From a virus (Duplodnaviria > Caudoviricetes): a stretch of DNA of 41,022 nt. Where the stretch lies: IMG/VR virus record IMGVR_UViG_3300014613_000013, positions 1 through 41,022 of that record; one strand, 5' to 3'. The notes below the pieces were generated by a model that saw only the letters and a list, made by a program, of their open reading frames with translations, had not been told where the DNA came from and made no database searches. Shown here in pieces: positions 24,881 through 35,472 of this stretch. A program made the position numbers and the translations under genes. Each line of letters begins with the position of its first letter. The stretch's first letter is position 1.

Positions 24881-25603
24881 ATGAGTAATGAATTTGACTT
24901 AAATCAAGAAGGGATTGAAGATGGTGTAGAAATAAATTTAGAAGATGATGATACACTTGACACTCCCGCAAAAGAAGGGATTGATCCTGATAGAGTGGAA
25001 CAGATGTTAGCTGAAGCTAATCGTAAGCTTGAAAAAGCTAAAGAACTCGAATCAAAGTATCAATCTCAACCTGGGCCAGTTCCTGCAGCTCCTAGTAAAG
25101 AAGAACTAGATAAGATGCTTGAGATTGCAGCCAAGGAGATCGGATATTTCAAAGAGAATGATGAAGGGGATATTATACCAGATACCGAGACTGTTAGAAA
25201 AGTAGCAAATGTAGCTGGTCAAGTTAGTATGGCCCAACAGAAACCTTTGTTAGATCAGATTGCTAAACTTCAATCTAAACTAGAAGATTTAGAGTTAGCA
25301 GTGAATGATCCTGATTATGTTAAATTCAAACCAAATTTGAACGAAATCATAGAAAATGATAGCGTTTTAAAAGGTTTGAAAGGGAAAATATCCGATAGGG
25401 ATTTAGCAAATTTGGCAATGAGAATGCATAAAAGAGCTAATCCTCAAGAAAAGAAAGGTAGAGTTGTTACACCATATAAACCGGATGTAACAACAACAAT
25501 AACAAAAAGAAAGACAGCGAAATTAACAAAAGAAGACTTAGAGATTTGTAGAGATGGTGGCCTTGACCCTAAAATTTATGCTAAACAAAAATATGGAGTT
25601 TAA
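24881..25603 (+). CDS. Putative capsid scaffolding protein
   Basis: Start at ATG 24881 (GGAGG RBS); acidic N-terminus, coiled coils, C-terminal LTKEDLEIC..GLDPKIYAK. Confidence 0.7.
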   Translation: MSNEFDLNQEGIEDGVEINLEDDDTLDTPAKEGIDPDRVEQMLAEANRKLEKAKELESKYQSQPGPVPAAPSKEELDKMLEIAAKEIGYFKENDEGDIIPDTETVRKVANVAGQVSMAQQKPLLDQIAKLQSKLEDLELAVNDPDYVKFKPNLNEIIENDSVLKGLKGKISDRDLANLAMRMHKRANPQEKKGRVVTPYKPDVTTTITKRKTAKLTKEDLEICRDGGLDPKIYAKQKYGV

Positions 25604-25605
25604 TT

Positions 25606-25842
25606 GTGAAAAAATTATATCCTTCACCAACAGCTAAGAGAGGTAATATTTTAGCGAATGGTGATGTATATTATTGCGAACAGTGTGGTATGGGATGTAG
25701 AAAATCTAAGGTACAGGTAGCAAGATTATACCAACGTACTGGAGATACTATAGAAATCACTACTGACGGATCACAACCAACTAATATTGAAGTTTTGCGA
25801 GGTTGTCCTTTCTGCGGGTCTATGAGGTCTAAGATTAGATAG
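25606..25842 (+). CDS. Zinc-ribbon protein
   Basis: CEQCG ... GCPFCGS. Confidence 0.75.
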   Translation: MKKLYPSPTAKRGNILANGDVYYCEQCGMGCRKSKVQVARLYQRTGDTIEITTDGSQPTNIEVLRGCPFCGSMRSKIR

Positions 25843-25854
25843 GAGGAAAAATAA

Positions 25855-26595
25855 ATGATTAATCTAGGAACGATTAAAGACCAGACATTTAAAATGCCTG
25901 TATATTCTACAACAGATATAGCAAAAAGAGCATTATTGATGCCTGGAGTTACAGCAGAAACAGATTTAGGTTGTGCAATATTAGCAACTAATTCAGCAGC
26001 AGCAGCAGATGCAATTGGTATGACAGATTATACTTTTGATGTATCTGAGGAAGGATCAACTACTGTAACCACAGGTGCTACATGGCCTACGGCTACAATA
26101 AAACCTTGTTTTGAAGCTACTCTATTAAGAGTTGAAATGGATCAAGCAGATACAGCAGCATTAGCAGGTGCTGAGTCTTCTAAGACCATTACTATTACTA
26201 GTTTGGAAGATAATATTGATACTTCTTGGTTGTATTGTGTTGGTGGTACAGGGATAGGTCAGTTAAGATATGTTGGTACTTCAGCAAGTGGTTCTTGTGA
26301 TATATCTGATGCAGGTTCACCTGAATGGGATACTGGGGATACAGTAATAAAGATACCTAGAATATTTCATCAAGTAGTAAAACTTAATTCAGCAGGTACA
26401 AAAATTGGTACAGATGCAGGTGCAGGTTCATGGACAGTTGTTGTAATGAGAACTTGGTTATCAAGAAACGCTAATCTTGAACAGTTATATCCACCAACTC
26501 ATAAAACATTAAGTGGGTTAAACGCAACTGCAATGTCAACAAAATTTTATGTAGATTTATGTGCAAGAAATACAGCAGCTTACACAACTGAATAA
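25855..26595 (+). CDS. Putative capsid decoration/minor head protein
   Basis: A/T/G-rich beta-type protein immediately upstream of the MCP. Confidence 0.55.
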   Translation: MINLGTIKDQTFKMPVYSTTDIAKRALLMPGVTAETDLGCAILATNSAAAADAIGMTDYTFDVSEEGSTTVTTGATWPTATIKPCFEATLLRVEMDQADTAALAGAESSKTITITSLEDNIDTSWLYCVGGTGIGQLRYVGTSASGSCDISDAGSPEWDTGDTVIKIPRIFHQVVKLNSAGTKIGTDAGAGSWTVVVMRTWLSRNANLEQLYPPTHKTLSGLNATAMSTKFYVDLCARNTAAYTTE

Positions 26596-26621
26596 TTCGT
26601 AATATATAGGAGGATATAATA

Positions 26622-27539
26622 ATGGGTAATATAATTACAGCAGCACAATTGCCTAGAATGTTAGAAGTCGGAATTAAAGTAAAATCATTAGAAGCTATGA
26701 ATGAAGAGTTTAAATATTCTGCAGCTAATAAACTTTTTACTGACCAGATGACTGATAGGGAAAGAATTGATGCTTTAACAACAATGACAATAGGTAAACA
26801 TGAAAAATTCACAGGATCATTAAGTTATGATAATGTAGAACAGGGACATTTTGGACAGTTCTATAACTATGAATATTGCACAGGGATGGCAATACAACAG
26901 AAGTTTATCAGAACTAATCAGTATAAACAAATGTGGCCTAGAATGTCTATGGAATTAGGTTTATCTTATGCTAGAACAGTAGAAGATGAGTCTATGAAAG
27001 TGTTTAGAAATGCTAATAATACAACAACTGTGACTTTACCTGATGGTCAAGCATTATCATCAACAGCACATCCAAGTGCATATGATTCTAGTGATACACA
27101 ATCTAATCAAACAACCTCAGCTTTATCAAGAACAGTATTAGAAACAATTGCTATTGCAGGTTCGAGATGGAAAACACCTAAGAATGAAGTCTTAGGGGCT
27201 AGATTTGATACAATTCTTATTCCACCTGATTTACAGTTTACAATGGAAAGAATCAACAATACTACTTTAGGTGGTACAAGTGGCGGTTCTAATTTAGATG
27301 TAAACGTACAGAAAGGGAGATGGAATATAATTGTTTCAGATTATCTAACTGATACAAATAATTATTTTGTAATAGATTCAGGCAGAATGAGAATGAATTT
27401 ATACAGAAACTGGGTTGCGAAACAAGAAATCAATGCAGTTGAAGATTTTGATACATTTGCAGCAAAATGGTCAAGTTACTGCTTCTTTGGATTAGAAGTA
27501 GACGATTGGACATGGATATATTGCGGAATAGTATCATAA
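26622..27539 (+). CDS. Major capsid protein (HK97 fold, Mu gpT-like)
   Basis: PDGQALSSTAHP, ILIPPDL, IVSDYLTDTNNYFVID, DFDT..AK; 305 aa; AGGAGG RBS. Confidence 0.82.
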   Translation: MGNIITAAQLPRMLEVGIKVKSLEAMNEEFKYSAANKLFTDQMTDRERIDALTTMTIGKHEKFTGSLSYDNVEQGHFGQFYNYEYCTGMAIQQKFIRTNQYKQMWPRMSMELGLSYARTVEDESMKVFRNANNTTTVTLPDGQALSSTAHPSAYDSSDTQSNQTTSALSRTVLETIAIAGSRWKTPKNEVLGARFDTILIPPDLQFTMERINNTTLGGTSGGSNLDVNVQKGRWNIIVSDYLTDTNNYFVIDSGRMRMNLYRNWVAKQEINAVEDFDTFAAKWSSYCFFGLEVDDWTWIYCGIVS

Positions 27540-27557
27540 ATATTTTAGGGGAAATCC

Positions 27558-27579
27558 AGGGGACATTAAATTGTCCCCT
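27558..27579 (+). other. GC-rich hairpin after the MCP (mRNA stabiliser or weak terminator)
   Basis: AGGGGACA-ttaaat-TGTCCCCT with no T tract. Confidence 0.5.
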
Positions 27580-27601
27580 ACCCCACAAGGGAGGATTTTA
27601 A

Positions 27602-28054
27602 ATGAGAGTAAAAAAACAAGATTTTCGTGAGGATTATTTTAGTACAAATTCTATTGAGAAGAATAAATTAGAACTTCGATCTTTAGAAAAACAACTTGAA
27701 GATATAGATATATATCGAAATAAAGATGCTAGTTTTAAATCAAACGTTAGAAAAGAAATCGATAGAAAAAAAGCTATAATCAACAAGTATAGTCCGCCAC
27801 AACTAACAGGTAAACAAAAAGATTTATTGTTGAATAGAAAAAAGTTTATTGAAGATAAACTAAAAGAAGTAACAGTTACAGATGATGAAGATTTTAGCAA
27901 TGATCATTATGTTAGAGAGATGGCTAGAAAAAAGATGGCAGTTAGAATGTCGAATCAATATGAAGAAATGGCTAAAGAATTAAGACGAATAAATCGAACT
28001 CTTGACCCCGAAAATGAAGTTTATAACTCATTGAATTATTTAAAACGGAGGTAA
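27602..28054 (+). CDS. Basic coiled-coil hypothetical protein
   Basis: 150 aa; GGGAGG RBS. Confidence 0.75.
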   Translation: MRVKKQDFREDYFSTNSIEKNKLELRSLEKQLEDIDIYRNKDASFKSNVRKEIDRKKAIINKYSPPQLTGKQKDLLLNRKKFIEDKLKEVTVTDDEDFSNDHYVREMARKKMAVRMSNQYEEMAKELRRINRTLDPENEVYNSLNYLKRR

Positions 28055-28059
28055 AGTAA

Positions 28060-29391
28060 ATGAACAAAATAAAATTGTTTTTAAAATTAGCATTGTTTCT
28101 TAGTGTCCCAGTTATATTATTTTTAAACATTGCTAGTGCTGATATATCATTTTCTCCAAGTGATTTATGGAGTACAGGCACAGAGAGTGCAGGTGCGGTT
28201 GTAGATTCAGATGGAGATTTTGAATGTACAGGCGATATTGCTATTGGAGATGATGTTGTTATTAATGATGATTTAACTGTAGGTGGAGATTTAGCGGTAA
28301 CAGGCTCGGTTACTTCTGCTACCGACACAGTTAGATATACAATGACAGCAGGTACTTTAACTGATGGCACGGCTAGCATGACGGGCGGTGCATTATCAGA
28401 TTTATCGAATGTGACTACGGACTCAACGACCGTAACGTATGCACTTACGGCAGGAACATTAACCGACGGAACAGCTAGTATGACCAGTGGTGCGTTATCA
28501 GGGTTGTCGAATGTAACAAGTGACTCAACGACCGTAACGTATGCACTTACGGCAGGAACATTAACAGATGGTACGGCGAGTATGGCTAGTGGTGCGTTAT
28601 CAGGGTTGTCTAACGTAACAACCGACAGCACAACTGTAACATACACTGCGACCGTAGGAACATTAACCGACGGAACAGCTAGTATGACTAGCGGTGCGTT
28701 ATCGGGATTGTCGAATGTAACAAGTGATTCAACAACGGTAACATATGCTGCAACAGTCGGGACATTGACCGATGGCACTTTAAGCATTACAGGTGGAAAC
28801 ATTAGTTCCGCAGGTAATATAGCAGGTGATGAAGTTATAGTAACTACTGTATCTGCTACAGGAGCTAACGGGTTATGGTTGGTAGATGATGGTAATAATG
28901 GGATATTTATTGCTGATGGTGGAAATATAGGTATAGGGCTTACTAATATGACAGCTAGATTAGAATTATACAATGGTAGTATAAAAACAAATCAAGAAGT
29001 GGTTTGTAGTTCAATCACAGCTTATAATTCTAATGGATTATGGTTAACTGATAATATTAACAATGGGATATTTATTGAAGGCGGGGGCAATGTAGGTATA
29101 AGTAACGCAGCTCCAGCAGGATTGTTTGAAGTTGGTGGCGGTACATTTACAGTATTATCAACAGGCTTGGTAGGTATTAACGACGAAACACCAACATCTA
29201 CATTAGATGTAGTTGGCGGTGGAATTAGACCTTATTCAAGAACAGAAGCAGAATTAAGATTATTAGCACCAGCACAAGCAGGTGAAGTCTATTTTGATTC
29301 AACAAATAATGCAATTGTAATATCAACAGGTACAAGTGCAGGACAGTTTGGGATAATATATGATGGCTCAACATTATGTACGGGTTGGTAA
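28060..29391 (+). CDS. Fibre/spike-like protein with signal peptide and 34-aa repeats
   Basis: MNKIKLFLKLALFLSVPVILFLNIASA|D; GN(V/I)GI repeats; GEVYFDST C-terminal motif. Confidence 0.7.
   Translation: MNKIKLFLKLALFLSVPVILFLNIASADISFSPSDLWSTGTESAGAVVDSDGDFECTGDIAIGDDVVINDDLTVGGDLAVTGSVTSATDTVRYTMTAGTLTDGTASMTGGALSDLSNVTTDSTTVTYALTAGTLTDGTASMTSGALSGLSNVTSDSTTVTYALTAGTLTDGTASMASGALSGLSNVTTDSTTVTYTATVGTLTDGTASMTSGALSGLSNVTSDSTTVTYAATVGTLTDGTLSITGGNISSAGNIAGDEVIVTTVSATGANGLWLVDDGNNGIFIADGGNIGIGLTNMTARLELYNGSIKTNQEVVCSSITAYNSNGLWLTDNINNGIFIEGGGNVGISNAAPAGLFEVGGGTFTVLSTGLVGINDETPTSTLDVVGGGIRPYSRTEAELRLLAPAQAGEVYFDSTNNAIVISTGTSAGQFGIIYDGSTLCTGW
28345..28800 (+). repeat. 102-bp (34-aa) tandem repeat, ~4.5 copies
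   Basis: TAGTLTDGTASMTSGALSGLSNVTSDSTTVTYAL units start at 28345, 28447, 28549, 28651, 28753. Confidence 0.92.
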
Positions 29392-29411
29392 TATTTTAGG
29401 GAGGATAAATT

Positions 29412-29810
29412 ATGTTAATGCGACCAACATCTCTTGAAATAAAAACATCAAGTGATAGTACGACATTAGCGGTAGCAAGCACAGCTACTGTATATACAAA
29501 ATCTTTCCCTTTACCATACGGGGGTAGCTTTGGTGTAAGTGCCAAGGCTGCTTCTAGTGGTACTATTAATGTTAAAGTAGAACTCGAAGAATCATATAGG
29601 TTACCTATAAATGAAGGTTCAGCAGATGATTATTGGGTTGTACCTACTGGAATTAGTGATGTATTTACTAGTGTAGCTAATTCTACACAATTACATAAAG
29701 CATTAAGTCCAATTGTTATGAGATACGGAAGATTTAAACTAACAGGTGTAGCATCAAACGATGCTTCAACTACACTTACAATGTTTTTACATTATCAAGA
29801 AGAGATATAG
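29412..29810 (+). CDS. Small beta-rich virion protein
   Basis: 132 aa; VELEES..W..RYGRFKLT pattern; no signal peptide. Confidence 0.6.
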   Translation: MLMRPTSLEIKTSSDSTTLAVASTATVYTKSFPLPYGGSFGVSAKAASSGTINVKVELEESYRLPINEGSADDYWVVPTGISDVFTSVANSTQLHKALSPIVMRYGRFKLTGVASNDASTTLTMFLHYQEEI

Positions 29811-29827
29811 TTTTAGGAGGGTCTCAA

Positions 29828-31243
29828 GTGAAAAAGATATTATTTTTATTAATATTTATATTTAGTACTACTTTTATGTATGCGTTTAATTATGGCACAG
29901 GTACATGGAATAAAGGCAATAATTTAAATATAGAAAAAAATTCTATCACAGGGGACTCTTCTACAGGTATAAATTTTGATCCTGATAATGATGGGATAAA
30001 CGAAATAATAATGAACGCTGATGGTACAATAAGTTCGTCAGGGACAACAATATCGTCAGGTACATTCAGTACACAATATTTGACTGTAACAAGTACATCT
30101 AGTTTCAGTGGATTAATAACAGGTACAGAAATAAGCGTTAGCACTGTTTCAGCTAAAGATTCAAATGGATTATACTTATTAGATGATGGTAATAATGGTA
30201 TATTTATTAAGGATGGTGGTAATGTTGGTATTGGCACAACTAATCCCACATCTGTTTTAAATGTTTTTAATAATACTGTAAATGATCCTTTTCCTCCTGA
30301 TGTAGTATCGTGTTTAAGACTAACACGAAGTGGGGTAGCTGCACAATCATATTCCAATGCTATTGATTTTAATGTTACACGCTATGAAAATCCAGGTGGT
30401 GCAAGTGATACGGCTTCCAGAACACAATTAATTTTAAAACTTGCACATGGTAAAACTAATATCCCCGATACTAATATAATGAGTTTATTGTCTAATGGAA
30501 ATGTGGGTATAGGAATAACAAATCCAAGTCAGAAGTTGGAGGTAGTAGGAGAGGTAAAAGCAAATGAGGTAATAACGAGTACGGTCTCAGCTAGCAGTTC
30601 ATCCGGATTATGGTTAGTAGAGGATGGAGGTAAAGGAATATTTATAGAAGATAGTACGGGATTTGTAGGTATAGGCCAAACTAATCCTTCAGTTGACTTA
30701 CAGATAGGTAATGGTATTACAACAGGAATCAAAACTATAAGTATTGTAAATCCTAATTCAGTAGATAGCCCAGCTGTTTATAATGCTACGCGTTTAGGTA
30801 GGTATATTGGGTTTATGGGTGCTTCATTGGATGGTCTTGGCTTTGGAGTTACTGGTTCCGGATTTAGTACGGATGCTCAATTAAATGCTGCTAGTGATTT
30901 ATTTATTGATAGAACTGGGCCTGGGAATATAGGTATAGGTACATATCAGGCAACACAGAAGTTAGATGTTGTAGGAATAGTAAAATCGTCTGGCGTATAT
31001 GCAAGAGGAGCAGATGGATTAAAATTATATGACGACGGCGGAAATGGTATATTTATACAGGATGGAGGCAATGTAGGTATTGGTACAATTACACCTGCCT
31101 CTAGCCTACAAGTCGTAGGTGGAGACATACAAATTAGTAGTTCTACAGTCGCAAAAGGTATAATTATGTATGATGTAGACTATCCAACGCAATCATATAG
31201 ATTGAATGTTAAAAGTGGCACTAGCGAATGGACTAAATTATAA
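29828..31243 (+). CDS. Tail-fibre-like protein with signal peptide
   Basis: MKKILFLLIFIFSTTFMYA|F; repeated GNVGIGTxxP..LxVxG units. Confidence 0.72.
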   Translation: MKKILFLLIFIFSTTFMYAFNYGTGTWNKGNNLNIEKNSITGDSSTGINFDPDNDGINEIIMNADGTISSSGTTISSGTFSTQYLTVTSTSSFSGLITGTEISVSTVSAKDSNGLYLLDDGNNGIFIKDGGNVGIGTTNPTSVLNVFNNTVNDPFPPDVVSCLRLTRSGVAAQSYSNAIDFNVTRYENPGGASDTASRTQLILKLAHGKTNIPDTNIMSLLSNGNVGIGITNPSQKLEVVGEVKANEVITSTVSASSSSGLWLVEDGGKGIFIEDSTGFVGIGQTNPSVDLQIGNGITTGIKTISIVNPNSVDSPAVYNATRLGRYIGFMGASLDGLGFGVTGSGFSTDAQLNAASDLFIDRTGPGNIGIGTYQATQKLDVVGIVKSSGVYARGADGLKLYDDGGNGIFIQDGGNVGIGTITPASSLQVVGGDIQISSSTVAKGIIMYDVDYPTQSYRLNVKSGTSEWTKL

Positions 31244-31300
31244 TAATAATAATAAAAAATATACAGGTTATATGAAAACTTTAGATTTAGGATATTTTTA

Positions 31301-32086
31301 ATGAAAAAATTATCTATAGTATTATTAGTATTTATGATTGGTTGTGCAACGAAAAATAGTGCATTAGTTCCTGATCCAGGTCGTGTAGAATTATACCAAA
31401 ACAGAGGTCTAACAGAAAATGCAATATCATTAATTGGAAAAGAATGCAGTCAAGATATAAAAAGAGTTGCATTAGATTTACGCCCACAACCTTATTTGTG
31501 GAGGTTGGAACATGTTACCGAACTGTCAATATATTCGTATGGAGATGGTAGTGATATATCCCCATATACAAGATTGAATGTAGGTTGGCAATCAGGTGGA
31601 GCAAATGCATGGCATATTAATGAAGAATCTGATTATGGATTATCTAAAGATATAGGAATAGGAATTAATGATCATAATGTTCCATATGATGTAGAATCAA
31701 TCTCAATTATTGGGACTGGAAGCAGATTTAAAAAATTTAGTGAAAATAATTTCGGGAGCGTGGTTGTTGGTTATAATAGTACAATTTTAGGTGGTAGAGA
31801 TATGTTAATATTATCTCCACCTGAGTTGACAAAAAAAGGCGTAGATAAAAGTCATGCTATGATGTTTGTTTCTAATTATTTTACTGATAAAAATAAACAA
31901 ATGAAATGGAGAATATATTCTGAAGTAGTTAATGAGGAAGGCGACTCAAAATTAAGTATAACAAAACAATTAGATAGTGGAGATGAAATACCAATATTTG
32001 AGGTTGGTTCAACTGCTGATAATATTAATTTTTTAATTATATATAAAGATGGGAAACCATCATATATATTCCCACAAGGAGAATGA
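31301..32086 (+). CDS. Putative lipoprotein within the tail module
   Basis: MKKLSIVLLVFMIG|C lipobox-like. Confidence 0.65.
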   Translation: MKKLSIVLLVFMIGCATKNSALVPDPGRVELYQNRGLTENAISLIGKECSQDIKRVALDLRPQPYLWRLEHVTELSIYSYGDGSDISPYTRLNVGWQSGGANAWHINEESDYGLSKDIGIGINDHNVPYDVESISIIGTGSRFKKFSENNFGSVVVGYNSTILGGRDMLILSPPELTKKGVDKSHAMMFVSNYFTDKNKQMKWRIYSEVVNEEGDSKLSITKQLDSGDEIPIFEVGSTADNINFLIIYKDGKPSYIFPQGE

Positions 32087-32165
32087 AATGTCCGATAAAT
32101 TACAACCAAAATTCAAGCGTGAGAAAGATTATGAAGATTTTCATGGTATGTTATAGGAGTAAAAA

Positions 32166-32912
32166 ATGAAAAGATTGTTATATTTATTAGGTTTTTTAAT
32201 TTTTATAATTATATCTAATTGTTTTGCAGTAGATTTTTATGAAGTTACTAGATCGACTTGTGGCAATTCTACTTTATCTGATATTAGAGATATGATTCGT
32301 AATAGGATAGATGATCCTTCGACTTCGTATGGCGATGTCAGATATTCAGATAGTTTTATAAATAATCTCATAAATATAGCACAACGAGATATAACTATCA
32401 ATACTAACTGTCTATGGTCTACATGTACAGGATATACAGTAGCAGACCAAGCAGGATATGAATTATTGGATGATATTTGGGCGATAGACAGGGTTGTTTG
32501 GAATGATGATTATGTTTTAACTCCTAAAGATGTATATGAAATGGATAGCGATAATGCTAATTGGTTTGATGTGTCGTCATCGTCTTCAACAGATTATTAT
32601 TGGTATAAAGGAGATGATGATATATATTTCTTTCCTACACCTGAATATTCGACAGGTACTATACAGATTTGGTATATAAAATTACCTGATGATATGGATA
32701 GTGATTCAGATGAAATTTTTGATAGTATGCCTAAACTTGAAGCATTTAAAGAAGCGTTAATGCATTATGTAACGTATAGAATATATTTTTTAGAGGGAGA
32801 TACTAGGTATCAGATAGCTTGGCAAGAATATAATGCTTATATAGATATGATTAAGAAGACTTGGGATATACAACCTAATTATAAACCTAACCTAAGATTA
32901 TGGAGGGATTAA
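32166..32912 (+). CDS. Head-tail adaptor (tail tubular A-like) with signal peptide
   Basis: TLSDIRDMIRNRIDD..YSDSFINNLINIAQRDI..TVADQAGYEL..IYFFPTP..IQIWY..EALMHY; N-terminus MKRLLYLLGFLIFIIISNCFA|V. Confidence 0.7.
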   Translation: MKRLLYLLGFLIFIIISNCFAVDFYEVTRSTCGNSTLSDIRDMIRNRIDDPSTSYGDVRYSDSFINNLINIAQRDITINTNCLWSTCTGYTVADQAGYELLDDIWAIDRVVWNDDYVLTPKDVYEMDSDNANWFDVSSSSSTDYYWYKGDDDIYFFPTPEYSTGTIQIWYIKLPDDMDSDSDEIFDSMPKLEAFKEALMHYVTYRIYFLEGDTRYQIAWQEYNAYIDMIKKTWDIQPNYKPNLRLWRD

Positions 32913-32913
32913 T

Positions 32914-35472
32914 ATGTTTAAAAAATCCCTTAAACAATTCTTATTTATAATACCAATAGTATTAATATTTTTTGGATTAAATTATAGCGATCAGTTAGAG
33001 TTTGCAGATTTTAGTGGTGGGTTGCGTAATGATATAACAGCAGATTTGTTGGCTGATAATGAATCGCCTGATTGTGAGAATGTTATAGTTAATGAACAAG
33101 GCAACTCACTAGAAAAGCGTACAGGGTTTACATTATTTAAAACTTTAACTTCTTCATCGACTTATGGGTGTCAAGGGTTTACTACATTTAGAGATCAATC
33201 AACAGGTAACGATTATTTTATAGTAGCTCATGGTACTATGGTAGCAAAAGTAGATTCTTCATCAACTACTGAATTTAAAACAGATCGAACAGATAACACA
33301 TATACAGATTTTACCTATGATGATAATAAGATTTATGGATGTAATGGGTATGATTATAATTGGAATTATGATGGCACGACAGTAATAAGTACAGCTACTT
33401 ATAGTGTAACTATAGGTACTACAACAACATATCCTTATGCTCCTAAAACATTTACTCATGCGTTTTATCAAGATAGATATTTTGTTGCTTGTTCGACTAC
33501 ATCCCCTAACAGAGTATGGCAATATTATTTCAACCAACCTACAAACTTATCAACAATAGATTATGATAATCCAGATTTAGCTGCAGATCAATATGACATA
33601 GGTGCAGCAGGTGAACGTATAGTTAAGTTATATGTATATAATAGTGGTTTAATGGTATTTAAGAGTAAATCTATCTATAAAATAATAGGTGATGGTACGC
33701 CTTTTCAAATAATAGAAATAACACATAATCTAGGATGTCAGAATCCTAATAGTATAATAGAAGATTCGGGAGTATTATATTTCTTAGGTAGTGATAATTA
33801 TTATTATATGTATGATGGAACTTCATTATATCGGTTGTCTGAAAAGATAGAAGGTAAAATGGAAGATATTAATAATACTATTTATTTAAGTACAGGTGGT
33901 ATATCAGTTGTTAATAATAGTGAGATATATGATACTTATACGCAATTTGATACAGGTACAAGCTCACATGTATATATAGACTCAGATGGTACGTTAACTA
34001 GACAATATTTATATGATGATTTTTCAGATGGTGATGCAGGTGATTGGACAGCTATATCAGGCACAATTTCGACTGCTACTTATACAAATTCTTTTACTTC
34101 AAAATCTCAATATTATATAGGATTAGACAATGGAGATAAATTTAGTAAATCTTATAATTTATCTTCTGAATCAGGATATTGGTATTTTGATATATATGCT
34201 CCTAATTATGCTACTTCTATAACGAGTTTTTATTTATACGATTCTAATTTTATATATGATGAATATTTAAAAATATCTATAGATAATAGTGATGTAAGTA
34301 TTCTACATTATTATTTTGACGGAACTTCGCGTCAAAATTTAGAAAGTGCAAGTATAGGGTCTTTATCAAATGCAAATATAAGATGTAAACTATATATTGG
34401 TGAAGATAATGGAGCTAATACAGAATATAAATTTTATATTAAAAAATATGGGGAATCTACATATACAGAAATATTAAATTATACGGATTATAGTTTAAGT
34501 ATTACTTCTAAGATTGTTTTAGAAGGGAATATTGTAACATCTTATATAACTAATATATACCATCCGTTACCGATAACAGATTCATCACATTATACATCTT
34601 CTATAATAGATTTAGGTAATTCTTATTCGTTTGGTTCTTTTAATGTTAATGAGAGCTTAAACGGAGAAACAATATCATATTTAATGCGAACAAATACAAG
34701 CTCTACCACATTACTTACAGATTCATGGATAACAATAAATAAAGATGAAGTGCCAAGTTTAACAAATAATAAATATGTACAATTCAAATCATCATTTACT
34801 ACTACAGATGTTACAGTAAGTCCTGAATTAGAGAAAGTAACTTTAAATTATTCTGATAATGTAAGTGTTCCTTCAGTTGTTACAGGTATAGGTAGTTCTA
34901 AATTCTTTAAAAATAGAATGTATAATAGTGTTAAAAATGTAAATGTTAGCACAGCTTCATATACAAATTACGCTTTGATATATGATTTACCGACAAATTC
35001 ATGGTGGCCTGTGAGTAATTTATATGCTTATGATTTTGCAGTATTAAATAATGAATTATATTTAGCTGATTCTCGTTATGGCGTAATTCTTAAACAGACA
35101 GAATCGTATAACGATTATGATGCAGCCGATAATGCTAACAATGCAATAGATTCTTATTATTATACCAAACAACATTATCTAGGTAGTCCTTACAATACAA
35201 AGAAACTTAATTATTTAGCGATGGCAATGAAGAAACAATCTACAGGATCGTTGTTAATAGATACTTTAATCAATGGAGTAACATCTAGTAATCAAATGAC
35301 TTATTCTATGACAGGTACAACTCCAGCTAAAGTATATATAAGTAATTATCCGTTTGGTGAAATAGGATATTATTATCAATGGAAATTTAGTAATAGCGAA
35401 GCTAGTACACCATTTGAATTGTTTAGTTATATGAGTGATTATAAGAATTTAGTAGCAAGGAAAATACGATGA
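32914..35472 (+). CDS. Nozzle / tail tubular B-like beta-propeller protein with N-terminal hydrophobic leader
   Basis: DFSGGL..NESPDCENV..SLEKRTG; LMVFKSKSIY; LGC..PNSI..LYFL; preceded by MFKKSLKQFLFIIPIVLIFFGLNYS. Confidence 0.72.
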   Translation: MFKKSLKQFLFIIPIVLIFFGLNYSDQLEFADFSGGLRNDITADLLADNESPDCENVIVNEQGNSLEKRTGFTLFKTLTSSSTYGCQGFTTFRDQSTGNDYFIVAHGTMVAKVDSSSTTEFKTDRTDNTYTDFTYDDNKIYGCNGYDYNWNYDGTTVISTATYSVTIGTTTTYPYAPKTFTHAFYQDRYFVACSTTSPNRVWQYYFNQPTNLSTIDYDNPDLAADQYDIGAAGERIVKLYVYNSGLMVFKSKSIYKIIGDGTPFQIIEITHNLGCQNPNSIIEDSGVLYFLGSDNYYYMYDGTSLYRLSEKIEGKMEDINNTIYLSTGGISVVNNSEIYDTYTQFDTGTSSHVYIDSDGTLTRQYLYDDFSDGDAGDWTAISGTISTATYTNSFTSKSQYYIGLDNGDKFSKSYNLSSESGYWYFDIYAPNYATSITSFYLYDSNFIYDEYLKISIDNSDVSILHYYFDGTSRQNLESASIGSLSNANIRCKLYIGEDNGANTEYKFYIKKYGESTYTEILNYTDYSLSITSKIVLEGNIVTSYITNIYHPLPITDSSHYTSSIIDLGNSYSFGSFNVNESLNGETISYLMRTNTSSTTLLTDSWITINKDEVPSLTNNKYVQFKSSFTTTDVTVSPELEKVTLNYSDNVSVPSVVTGIGSSKFFKNRMYNSVKNVNVSTASYTNYALIYDLPTNSWWPVSNLYAYDFAVLNNELYLADSRYGVILKQTESYNDYDAADNANNAIDSYYYTKQHYLGSPYNTKKLNYLAMAMKKQSTGSLLIDTLINGVTSSNQMTYSMTGTTPAKVYISNYPFGEIGYYYQWKFSNSEASTPFELFSYMSDYKNLVARKIR

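Noticed and set aside
27972-28973. 333-aa antisense ORF
   Set aside because: Shadow of the Thr/Gly/Ser repeat region of the + strand gene; it mirrors the same repeats.
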